A stretch of 63,553 nt of DNA, counting the filler, from an uncultured Chlamydiae bacterium (GTDB taxonomy: Bacteria; Chlamydiota; Chlamydiia; Chlamydiales; SM23-39): NCBI GenBank assembly GCA_937899275.1. It is 5 parts of 5 records of this genome, joined end to end, with 100 filler letters (N's around TTAATTAATTAA, not from the genome) between each part and the next. Parts side by side here need not be neighbours in the genome. Positions count along the whole stretch, not along the records: positions 1 to 19,684 come from CALBPE010000084.1; 4 more parts are not named here. One strand, written 5' to 3'. Below are positions 9,581 to 18,727 of the stretch, piece after piece. The position numbers and the translations under genes are program-made. The notes below the pieces were generated by a model, which was not told where the DNA came from, did no database searches, and was given only the letters and a program-made list of their open reading frames with translations. The first letter of the stretch is position 1. Each line of letters opens with the position of its first letter.

Positions 9581-10432
9581 TTTGGATGGTTTTAACAAGT
9601 GCGCTTTGGGGGAAATCTCATCTCCTTTTTTTTAGTAAGAAAGATGCGGTCTCTAAAGTGCAGATTTTTGGGCAGCGCTCTTCTGGAACTAACTACTTAC
9701 AAGCGTTAATTGAGAAAAATTTCCCCGATTTTGCCATCGATTTTCGCTATGGTTGGAAACATTATCCCTGTTGGCAAAACCCTTCTTGGAAAAGGGAATA
9801 TGGACCGCATTTTTCTCCTTACTATTTAGATCTTGTTGACAACAGCTCCTACTTGTTTATTTTTATAGTAAGAGATCCCTACGATTGGCTGCGTAGTTTT
9901 TATCAACATGCGCATAACGTTTCATTTCGCGTAGATCGCCCCTCTTTTTATGCCTTCATTACCAGTCCATGGTACGTGGAACATGAGGACGACTTACAAA
10001 GAATTTTTCAAACGCACCTTTGTAAGCAATCGCAAGTAACATCCAAAAACGATTGGATAGTCCAGCATTTTAAAAAACCATTACTGCACGATTCTTTATC
10101 TAGTGCTTTTTGGGATATAAACCCCGATACCTTTTCCTATTTTCCGAATGTCCTAGCTTTAAGAGCAGCTAGGCTTAGAACATTTTTTACTATAGCTCAA
10201 AAAGTAGACAACATGTGTTTTATCCGCTACGAGGATCTAAGAGATTTCCCAGAAGAGATTTGTAAGGTATCGATTAAAAAGAGCGCTGCCTTTTTTTCCA
10301 ATCAATTGGTATAAATATAGCGCTATTCATTTTGTGCTAAAATCGTATTTTCCAATAGAACAAAGAGCTCTTGAGCATATCCAAAGTTTTTTGGATTTAG
10401 ATTTGGAAAAGAAATTAGGCTATGATGTGTAA
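9565..10432 (+). CDS. PAPS-dependent sulfotransferase-family protein with signal peptide; frameshifted near 10263-10297 (ORF track ends it at 10314)
   Basis: GQRSSGTNYL (5'-PSB), IVRDPYDWLRS (3'-PB), IRYEDL; the +1 frame continues ...FFPINWYK...LDLDLEKKLGYDV* to 10432. Confidence 0.8.
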
Positions 10433-10444
10433 AGGAGTAGGTGT

Positions 10445-11272
10445 ATGCGTACAGCATGTTTTTTCATGCAATTTCTATTGTTTTTAGAGCAATCTTTTGC
10501 GACGAGTTGTCCCCCGGTTTTTCCTGCTTCTTTGCCTGTCCAACAGTTCTTAGATAGCTATCAGTATCATTACCAAGATATTTGTATAGGAGAAGAGATC
10601 TATCCTATTGGAGGAAATGCTTGCGACCAAAGGTTTGAGTTGATACGTCCCATTTTAGATGCGTTTCAAGAGCCGTTTTCTGTACTCGACTTAGGCGCCT
10701 GTGACGGGTACTTTTCCTTCCGCATCGCACGAAATTACCCTGCAATCTGTCATATGATTGAAGGGGAGGTGCATCAAAAAAAAGGGAAATTACACCAACT
10801 GTGTCTTATGAACCAAGATCTTCCTTGCGTATTTATGAAGGAAAAAATCAACTTAACATCGTTAAAATACCTACAAGAAAAAGAGCGATTTGATTTAGTC
10901 ATCGCTTTTTTAGTTGTCCACCAGCTAGCAGGACAAAAGCATCCAGAAAGAATCAGCTTTTTAGACGATGCAAAAAAGTACATAGCTATTTTGCTTGAAA
11001 TGGGTAACTACGTGTTAATAGAAACATCTACCGATGTGCGTCCTCAGCTAGATCGGTATGTAGAAGAGCTATGTAGCGAAAAAAATGGCCTATATCTAGG
11101 GGAGCTTTGTAGGTATAAAACAGACTATGATCAGGGAGCTAAGGGGCGTTTTTTTCTTTTTCAATCCCAAAATCCCCGTCCATCTTCGGGATTGATTCAG
11201 CAAGAAGTATTTAAAAAATTACAGGGGCAATTTATCGCTCCTTGTCTTGCTAGTTCATCTATTGATCGATAA
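10445..11272 (+). CDS. Class I SAM-dependent methyltransferase with signal peptide
   Basis: VLDLGACDGYFS motif I; FDLVIAFLVVH post-II motif; AGGAG RBS. Confidence 0.85.
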   Translation: MRTACFFMQFLLFLEQSFATSCPPVFPASLPVQQFLDSYQYHYQDICIGEEIYPIGGNACDQRFELIRPILDAFQEPFSVLDLGACDGYFSFRIARNYPAICHMIEGEVHQKKGKLHQLCLMNQDLPCVFMKEKINLTSLKYLQEKERFDLVIAFLVVHQLAGQKHPERISFLDDAKKYIAILLEMGNYVLIETSTDVRPQLDRYVEELCSEKNGLYLGELCRYKTDYDQGAKGRFFLFQSQNPRPSSGLIQQEVFKKLQGQFIAPCLASSSIDR

Positions 11273-11341
11273 CATTTTTTGTTGAAGAATTTTTTTTGTT
11301 ACAATAGCATACCTCGTACTTGAAAAGATAGAAGGAGACTT

Positions 11342-12352
11342 TTGATGCGTTTTCGCGCGCTATACGTGCTATTTGCCGGGTTTTTTTGTATGCCAATAGA
11401 CGTTTTTGCTGAGCAAAAAGGGACCATATTATCGGTGGATATCGGCGCTACTAGAGTCAAAGCGGCTCTTATACCTTACCCCTTGTCTTTTGAAGATTTA
11501 CAAAAGATAACAGTCTATACACTACCTTCCTAAGACTGGTTACTTCAAGTGATGGCGATACTTTTTCTTTCGAAAAAAAAAGAGGGACTAGGAGCAATTT
11601 TCGGAGATCTTTACTCCTATCTTTGCGTTGGGATTTCTTGTGATCTTTGGAATAACTCCATCAATCTTTCAAGGAAGGCTATTCCGAAGCATCTTCGTGA
11701 ATCGATAGAAAAAGAGGTGAAGGCGCCTCTTTTTCTTGAAAACGATATGATTGCGTTTACAAGATCTGCGGTCTATTTTCAAGAGCTTATAGGAAGCGCT
11801 ATTGACTATCCTTGCCTTTGTTTAAGCTTTGGAACAGGAGCTGCAGCTTCTGAAAACGGAGATATTACTAACATCATGCTCTACCTAGTGAATCAAAATT
11901 TTTACCGCCTGCGAGATGCATACCGACGGCAAACAGGTACAGAGCCGATATCAGGTAGTCATATGGGGAAATCTTTTTTTCGGTGGATTCAGGAAAAGCA
12001 CCCTACCTGGGATGAAGAAAGCATCGCTTGCGCTTTTCAAGAAAGATGCAACGCTTTGATCCAAGATTTACAAGAGTTTTTATCCAACCAAGGTATTGAT
12101 TGCCAAACGGTTTTAATCGGCGGAGGAAATTCTCGCTACCTTAGTTTGCGCAATTTTCCCGATTCTCAGGTGGCTACCGTTTTACTAAACCCCCAGTATT
12201 TTACCACTTGGGGCATTTCTCCTGATCTATGCACATTAATTGGCGCTTTGCCTACGGCGTTTACTCCCAACTGCAAAGTGCAGTCTATGCCCCCTTTGGA
12301 AGAAGTGTACGATTTACCAAAAGTAGAGCGCAAAGCCTCTTCCTTCAGGTGA
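11342..12352 (+). pseudogene. ROK-family (sugar) kinase with signal peptide; in-frame TAA at 11531-11533 and IS insertion at 12318
   Basis: SVDIGATRVKAA, LENDM, SFGTG, LIGGG; the two ORF pieces are in the same frame (offset 207 nt). Confidence 0.8.
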
Positions 12353-12363
12353 GGATGTAGAGC

Positions 12364-12545
12364 TCACCCAATTTCCTGCTGTTGTTCAATATATTGGCGA
12401 ACCAGAGAAATAGAAGCTCCGCCTATAGAACCTGCAAAATAGCCGGGGCTCTAGGGGGCTCCAGAGGACTTCACATTTTATAACAAAGACCAAGTGTGCA
12501 TGAAGTAAAAACTCGACTGCGCCTTCCTCTTCTAATCTCTATGAA
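12364..12545 (-). pseudogene. tnpA: Internally deleted Y1 transposase TnpA remnant
   Basis: LHAHLVFVIK (N-terminal motif) joined directly to LWSP..GYFAGSIGGAS...RQYIEQQ (C-terminal catalytic Tyr region); central HUH motif missing. Confidence 0.8.
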
Positions 12546-12582
12546 AAATAAAACTTGATAGGAAGGTCAAAAATTTCCTATA

Positions 12583-13087
12583 ATGGTTCTCATAAAGAAG
12601 CTATTTCGAAAGGGGTTTTTGTTTAGGTTAAAACCGGAGGTTTGCGACTCTTTCGATTGGAAAGCTAAAAGCCAAATTAAAGCGCTATCAACGCCCTTTG
12701 GCAAAAAAATCAAATTTTCTGCTAACTGGAAAAAGCAGATAAGAAAAATCAGCTCTATGCATGAACAGATTGCAAGGACAAAAAGAGACTATCTGCATAA
12801 GACTTCAGCGAAGATCAGCAAAAGCCACGCTATGGCTATTCTGGAAGAATTGCAAGTCAAAAATATGTCCCTGTTGCAATCACCAAGCAAAAAAAAATCG
12901 CAAAACGCAATCTCGATTCGTATGTGAGAATTGTGAGCATACGGCAAATGCCGACGATGTAGGAGCCATGAATAGTTTAGCCCGAGGACACCGGGTATTA
13001 GCCTGTGGAGTAGATTCGTTAGAATCTTCGGTGAAGCAGGAACCAGCAGAAAGCAGCGATGCACACCTGCTCGTAAGTTGCGGTTAG
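12583..13087 (+). pseudogene. tnpB: Internally deleted, frameshifted TnpB remnant
   Basis: GFLFRLKP N-terminus; DYLHKTSAKISK...ILEELQVKNM (RuvC-II); CPCC...CENC zinc finger; NADDVGAMN (RuvC-III); RuvC-I absent. Confidence 0.85.
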
Positions 13088-13269
13088 CAACCTCTACGAA
13101 TCTCCTTCCTTTAGGTGGGAGAGGATGTCAACAGGGAAAGCAGAATAGAGGCTATTTAGTTTATTTTGGAAAATATATTCTTCTGTATATTCTATAGAAT
13201 AGGCTATACTTCACTTATAACTCAAACAGATGAGATTTACATCATTCACACTCAAACGAGATTATACAA

Positions 13270-13476
13270 ATGAAAAAAAATACAGGTACCGTAAAATTTT
13301 TTAACACGCAAAAAGGCTTTGGATTCATCAAACCCGATGAAGGTGGAAGCGATCTATTTGTGCACGCAAACAGTCTTTTAGAGGGCACAGCTTCTCTTAA
13401 CGAAGGACAGAAAGTGGAGTACATCGAAGGGCAGGGGCGCAAAGGTCCAGAAGCAAAAGATGTGCAGGGTTTATAA
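13270..13476 (+). CDS. cspA: Cold-shock protein
   Basis: GTVKFFNTQKGFGFI (RNP1) and DLFVH (RNP2). Confidence 0.95.
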   Translation: MKKNTGTVKFFNTQKGFGFIKPDEGGSDLFVHANSLLEGTASLNEGQKVEYIEGQGRKGPEAKDVQGL

Positions 13477-13777
13477 AAACTGCTCTTAAGAGTACTCTTC
13501 TTACCCATTTTTCAGCGGATGCTAATTGCTGTAAAATCGGGTAGGAAAAGTCCTTATTTCTTGCACAATTTCTTGTACAGTACATTTTCAAGTCACTTTT
13601 TTAGCGCTATTTTTTGGATTTTTTAATAAAAATCTTTATTTTGTTGTTATCAAATCTTTTTTATATATAAAATCTTTTGCCCATAAATTAAGAAGTTTTA
13701 CGTTGTAGTACATAGCTTAAATAGGGCAGCATGCTTTTTTCTGTCCGCTTGATCTATGAATAGTAGGAGAATAGTCT

Positions 13778-14575
13778 ATGAGCATTAATCCAACCCCCAA
13801 TCGAAATCCATGGGATCTTCAAAATAAATCCCCTTTATACAGTAGCGTTGCAGGTATCGTTAGAAGTGGGTTCGTGTTATCGATCACTCAGCCTATCGAC
13901 GTATTAAAAATCCGCAAGCAGTGCTCTACAGATGATACCTCGACTGTAGGTATTGCAAGAAAGATCTTAGAAGCAGATGGGCTGCGCGGTTTTTATAGAG
14001 GCTTCACTCCTCAGCTGACAAGAAATAGCCTCAGACAAGCTTGGAACTGGCCTATCATTACCCACCTACCTCCCTTTTTTGAAAAACAGGGTATGTCTAC
14101 TATGCAAGCGCAAGTAGGAGCAGGTCTGGTGATTTCAATCGCAGATATTTTGTTTACAAACCCTTTAGATTGGATGAGAATTCAATCGGTTGTGCAAAGA
14201 AAAACACCTACACTGCAAAAAACCTACCAGACTGGATGGCGGGGAGCGGGGATTAATTGGTGTAGGGTATCTGTCAGTTGGATTACATTTTTATCTGCAC
14301 AAAAATACCTCAGGGAATACTACCGCTCTTCTGACGGCTCTTTAAGCGCAAAAAATACGTGCAAAACCGCATTCCTGGTAGCTGGATTGGTTAGTGCGGT
14401 TTCTGCTCCTTTCGATTTTGCAAATACGCTGAAACAGGGAAAAAATGCATCTATACGGTCTATATTACGCCAGCGGAATATTTTGGGATTCTGGAAAGGT
14501 GCGCATCTCCGTTTTCCTGTTCTAGTGATACAAAATATCGCTTCAACCATTCTGTTGGAATGTTTTGGGCAATAG
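13778..14575 (+). CDS. Mitochondrial carrier family (SLC25-like) protein
   Basis: Three Px[DE]xx[KR] signature positions (PIDVLK, PLDWMR, degenerate PFDFAN); DGLRGFYRG and GFWKG matrix-helix motifs; AGGAG RBS. Confidence 0.9.
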   Translation: MSINPTPNRNPWDLQNKSPLYSSVAGIVRSGFVLSITQPIDVLKIRKQCSTDDTSTVGIARKILEADGLRGFYRGFTPQLTRNSLRQAWNWPIITHLPPFFEKQGMSTMQAQVGAGLVISIADILFTNPLDWMRIQSVVQRKTPTLQKTYQTGWRGAGINWCRVSVSWITFLSAQKYLREYYRSSDGSLSAKNTCKTAFLVAGLVSAVSAPFDFANTLKQGKNASIRSILRQRNILGFWKGAHLRFPVLVIQNIASTILLECFGQ

Positions 14576-14613
14576 CACGACTAGAGGTAAAAAAAAACAG
14601 GTGACTGCGGTAG

Positions 14614-15645
14614 TTAAGAGGCTGGTTGGCTGCTTAAATCAGGTAGCTTAGAAATAGGCCCTTGCAAACAGCACCTAATAAATAGGCTGCCTCGCAACTC
14701 GCGTGTGGCGATGCCTTTTAACCGGTTCAGGAGAGTTTTACCATATCCTTTAAGTTCATCACTCTCAAAATTTGTAAGGCTCTCAGTATGGCTTTCGATA
14801 GCTTGTAATGCTTTACTTTGAATCTCTTTGCGCAAGCGTTCAATAGCTTCTCTAGTAGCTTCTTTATTTGCAAGGCTCTCAGTATGGCTTTCGATAGCTT
14901 GTAATGCGTCTTTACTTTGACTCTCTTTGCGCAAGAGTTCAATAGCTTCTCTAGTAGCTTCTTGGAAGAAACGGGGGATAGGCTCTTCTTTTTTTTCACC
15001 AAATGTATAGATATAAACCGCTTTAGTTAAGCAAAATAAGTACACAGCTGGTTCTTCCTCTTGAAATGCTATTTTCGTTTCGTTGTCAACTTTATTCAGT
15101 ATATGATCTTCAAAAAATTTAGCTCCTTCAACTTGTGGATCTGCATGTACTCGTTGTTGATGGAAATTTGCTGCATGACCAACATTATAAAAATCGTTCA
15201 TAATACGAGTATCTTCGCGTCGAAATAGTCGAATCGGGGTGGGGTTCCAGCAATCGGCGTCGAACCTAGCGTGGCTTTCATGGGTGTATAAATTAATATA
15301 AAAGTGGTTAATTATCGTGTCAACAATAGTCCAAATAGTCGTAAAGGTGCTACTTTCCCAAAGCTTTACAAAAAATATAAAAGCTCTCAATGTAGGAGCT
15401 CTATCACTGATCCGATATAATGTAATAGATGCTACAGCTAAAACCGTATAGGCAACTGTTTCTATAACAGCTGTTGCTGCAAGGAGGCATAGGCCTAATT
15501 CAGCAGTTAGAACCTTTCCTGCATGTAGCCAGTAATTTTCTATAGTAGATTCCTCTGCAAACCAATTTTCTTCAGTCCCTTGAGGATTGCGCCATGTGAT
15601 TAAATTCTGCATTGCGTAACTGGAAAGACACCTGACAGATCCCAA
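14614..15645 (-). CDS. Hypothetical membrane-associated effector-like protein with internal repeat
   Basis: 343-aa ORF; bilobed hydrophobic segment near the N-terminus; 32/33-aa tandem repeat. Confidence 0.7.
   Translation of the reverse strand: MGSVRCLSSYAMQNLITWRNPQGTEENWFAEESTIENYWLHAGKVLTAELGLCLLAATAVIETVAYTVLAVASITLYRISDRAPTLRAFIFFVKLWESSTFTTIWTIVDTIINHFYINLYTHESHARFDADCWNPTPIRLFRREDTRIMNDFYNVGHAANFHQQRVHADPQVEGAKFFEDHILNKVDNETKIAFQEEEPAVYLFCLTKAVYIYTFGEKKEEPIPRFFQEATREAIELLRKESQSKDALQAIESHTESLANKEATREAIERLRKEIQSKALQAIESHTESLTNFESDELKGYGKTLLNRLKGIATRELRGSLFIRCCLQGPISKLPDLSSQPAS
14770..14963 (-). repeat. 96/99-bp near-identical tandem duplication inside the CDS
   Basis: EATREAIELLRKESQSKDALQAIESHTESLAN / KEATREAIERLRKEIQSKALQAIESHTESLTN. 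Confidence 0.9.
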
Positions 15646-15873
15646 AATAACCCCATTATTTGATAATTCTAATCTATTTTAAAGGTTTTTTTGATAAAAA
15701 GTCGAATATAAAATAATGAATTTACATACAATAAAATATTTTTTATATAAAAGTTAATAAGATTATATATCCTCGATTTTCGGTAGATGATTTTTCTCAG
15801 CATACTTTATAATTTGGATTGAAAAAGTGCAAAAGATCGTTTGTTTTGCACATACAGAGCATAGTACAGGTTT

Positions 15874-16458
15874 ATGACGGATTCTACCAGAGCGTTGAAA
15901 GCGGCTTTTTATGCAACCATAACCGCTTCTACCTTATCTAAAGAAGCAAAGGTTTTACAATCAGATTGGATTGATACTCCTATTGGAACTATGGTTGCCA
16001 TTGGTGATGAAAAAGCTTTGTATCTTTTGGAGTTTTTGAGCCGGTGCAATTTAGCAAGGGAAATAATAAAGCTTCAAGATACATTGAAAGTAGCTATTAC
16101 TATAGGAAAAACAAAAAGCATAGACTCTATCAAAAAAGAGTTGCGGCGGTATTTCAAGGGGGAGTTGGAACTATTTCTCACGCAGATCTAGATGCTCGGT
16201 ACTACATTTCAAAAAAGAGTGTGGTCAGAGTTGATGAAAATCCCTATGGGCAAAACAAGCTCTTATGCAGATATCTCTAAAAACCTCAATAATCCAGGAG
16301 CTTTTCGAGCGGTCGGCAGCGCAAATGGAGCGAACCGGCTAGCTATTGTGGTTCCCTGTCATCGGGTAATTCATAGTAGTGGTCAGTTGGGTGGATACGC
16401 CGGCGGGTTAAATCGTAAGAAGTGGCTACTTACCCATGAGGCGCAGTATGGAAAGTAG
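15874..16458 (+). pseudogene. ogt: Methylated-DNA-protein-cysteine methyltransferase split by an in-frame TAG at 16189-16191
   Basis: IDTPIG, GTTFQKRVW, RAVGSANGAN, VPCHRV active site; the two ORFs are contiguous in one frame. Confidence 0.85.
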
Positions 16459-17011
16459 CGCTCAAAGATGCTTTGGAACGGGAAACAAGTTGTATGAAAA
16501 ATACCACGATGAAGAATGGGGCGTTCCTGTTCATGATGACCAGCATCTTTTTGAAATGCTTTGCCTAGAAGGGTCGCAAGCTGGCTTAAGCTGGGAGACA
16601 GTCTTGAAAAAACGTGAGGGATACCGCCGTTTATTTCATCAGTTTAATTTGGAAATGGTGGCAAATATGAAAGATAGCGAGCTTGAAAAGGCGCTAAAAA
16701 ACCCCGCAATTATTAGAAACCGCAGCAAAATTTTTAGCGTAAGGATAAACGCTAGGGTAGTGATTGAAATGCAAAAAGAATATGGCTCTTTTGCGACCTA
16801 CCTTTGGGGCTTTGTACATCATAAGCCTATTTTGCATCATTTTGAAACAATAGATCAGGTGCCCTCCCATTCTTCAATAAGCGATAAGCTTTCAAAGGAT
16901 TTAAAAAAAAGGGGCATGCTATTTGTAGGAAGGACCATTATTTACGCTTTTATGCAGGCTGTCGGAATGGTCAATGATCATTTGATGAAGTGCCCTTGCA
17001 GGTTACCTTAA
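16448..17011 (+). CDS. tag: DNA-3-methyladenine glycosylase I
   Basis: YHDEEWG, LFEMLCLEGSQAGLSW, IIRNRSKI, MQAVGMVNDH. Confidence 0.95.
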   Translation: MESSAQRCFGTGNKLYEKYHDEEWGVPVHDDQHLFEMLCLEGSQAGLSWETVLKKREGYRRLFHQFNLEMVANMKDSELEKALKNPAIIRNRSKIFSVRINARVVIEMQKEYGSFATYLWGFVHHKPILHHFETIDQVPSHSSISDKLSKDLKKRGMLFVGRTIIYAFMQAVGMVNDHLMKCPCRLP

Positions 17012-17177
17012 GCGAAAAAAAGTCATAGAACATCTATATCGAAACCCTATCTCCACGTAGAAAATACAGTAGACAGACTCTAAAGCGGTTTGGCTAGAAT
17101 TTTTGTAGAAATAAGATGAGTAAATTTGGAATATACATCAACCTGGTTACCTGAAAAGATATCTCGCAAGGGTTAAT

Positions 17178-18197
17178 CTAGTGAGAACCTATCAGCTTTA
17201 AGCAGGCTTCTTTATTCTTTTCGAACTCCTCTTCGGGTAGAAGGTTCATACGGGTGATCTCATCTATTGCACTTTGCGCTTCTTGATAGGACATCTCGAT
17301 TAATGCCCTGCAATCTTTATCACTTATATTACTCTCGTTTGATTTAGTCCTTATAGTAGGGTTTGCTTTAGCTCGAAGAAGCGTGTCAATCATCTCAGGG
17401 TCGCGTCTGATGCATGCAATATGCAGTGGAGTGCAGCCGTTTCTATTAAAAACATCTACATTAAAAAGATCTACATTTCCTCCTTTTTTAATGGTTTCTG
17501 CTCCTTTTTCAATGATTTTTTGTACAATTTGAAGGTTAGATATATGTAACTTTTTTCCATCTCTACTAATCTTTTTATAACCTTTTGCAATTGCTAAATG
17601 TAAGGCGGTATTTCCACAGCCTTTAAGGTTTAAATTTTGGTCATAGTCTAGGATTTTAAGCGCAGTGGTATTTTTTGCATTTGCTATCGCCCAAAGAAGA
17701 GGTGTGTTTCCCCACATGTCTTGATGGTTGAAATTAAAGCCCCTCTCATGAAAATCTTTTACAAAGGAATCCTTTCCTATTTTTGCAATGTAGTGCAGCA
17801 TAGTTCCTTCAGAAGAATCTTCGAGATCCCGGTTAAAATAACCCGCATTAAATGCTGTGCGCATATGGTTTATTCGGATTTTAGGCGTAGTGGTATTTTT
17901 TGCATTTGCTATTGCCCGAGGAAGGCGGGTGTTGCTTAAGCTACTTTTCACATCATTTGAAGTTCTGTGTGATATTCGCAGATTTCTATTAGAGTTTTCT
18001 AAATCGGAGGGTCCGTGTTCTACTTTTGTTAGATTCCATTGAGATATAGCTACTCCAAGGTGCAGTAAGCCAAGGGTTAACACTGCTAAAACAGCTGAGG
18101 CGATAAGACAAATCGCTCTAGCTAGTTGGCTAATATCTGATGACAAGGGGTTTAGCAGATATTTGGGAAAAAAGTTATTAAAAGTTACACTTTTCAT
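17178..18197 (-). CDS. Ankyrin-repeat protein with N-terminal hydrophobic anchor (effector-like)
   Basis: GNTPLLWA, GNTALHLA, GCTPLHIA; LNPLS...LTLGLLH N-terminal segment. Confidence 0.9.
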   Translation of the reverse strand: MKSVTFNNFFPKYLLNPLSSDISQLARAICLIASAVLAVLTLGLLHLGVAISQWNLTKVEHGPSDLENSNRNLRISHRTSNDVKSSLSNTRLPRAIANAKNTTTPKIRINHMRTAFNAGYFNRDLEDSSEGTMLHYIAKIGKDSFVKDFHERGFNFNHQDMWGNTPLLWAIANAKNTTALKILDYDQNLNLKGCGNTALHLAIAKGYKKISRDGKKLHISNLQIVQKIIEKGAETIKKGGNVDLFNVDVFNRNGCTPLHIACIRRDPEMIDTLLRAKANPTIRTKSNESNISDKDCRALIEMSYQEAQSAIDEITRMNLLPEEEFEKNKEACLKLIGSH

Positions 18198-18501
18198 TAA
18201 ATTAATTACCTTTTATTTATATTATAAATAGACATTTTTATTTTTTAAATAAATTTATATAAAATTTTAATAATATATAAAATATATTTGTAAAAAGCGC
18301 TGCTAAATATAAGTGTCTGTTTGTAAGAGGTTTTGAACTAAATCGAAATAGCATCTTAAAAAAAGTCGATCAGCGCCTATTTCTCTGAATAGAAGCTCTA
18401 TTGTGACAAGATGCGCTTGGATGCACCTGGATGTATATAAGCCTAAGCCTTTGAGTGGTACCTAAGTAATGCCTGGGTAATATTTGGGTAATAAAGGAGA
18501 C

Positions 18502-18529
18502 GCGGCCTCATTTATGTGCCGCCTTTTTT
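18502..18529 (+). terminator. Possible intrinsic terminator
   Basis: GCGGC-N11-GCCGC stem followed by CTTTTTT. Confidence 0.4.
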
Positions 18530-18727
18530 GGAAAGCGATCTTGCAAACTGTTTTATATGAGCCTGTCTTAGCCGCGTATAGAAAAAAATCAACATTGTAT
18601 GTTTTTCTATATTTCTTACTATTATTGAGCGAAAAGAATTGCTAATAGAGCGTACTGTTTTTAGAAACACCTAGCAGCGTTTTAGGAGCTTAAAGGGCGC
18701 TTTATAAAAACAATTGAAGATAAAAAT

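Larger units (their letters stand above)
12318..13131 (+). mobile_element. Non-autonomous IS200/IS605-family (IS605 group) element, copy 1, both ends present
   Basis: Preceded by TTAC; left-end hairpin region GCCTCTTCCTTCAGGTGAGGATG; right end GAATCTCCTTCCTTTAGGTGGGAGAGGATGTCAA; divergent tnpA and tnpB remnants. Confidence 0.9.

Noticed and set aside
12318..13131. IStron (group I intron-IS605 hybrid), since both copies sit inside CDSs
   Set aside because: The left part is fully explained by the left-end hairpin and tnpA stub, I see no group I intron core, and the element ends in TCAA rather than a terminal G
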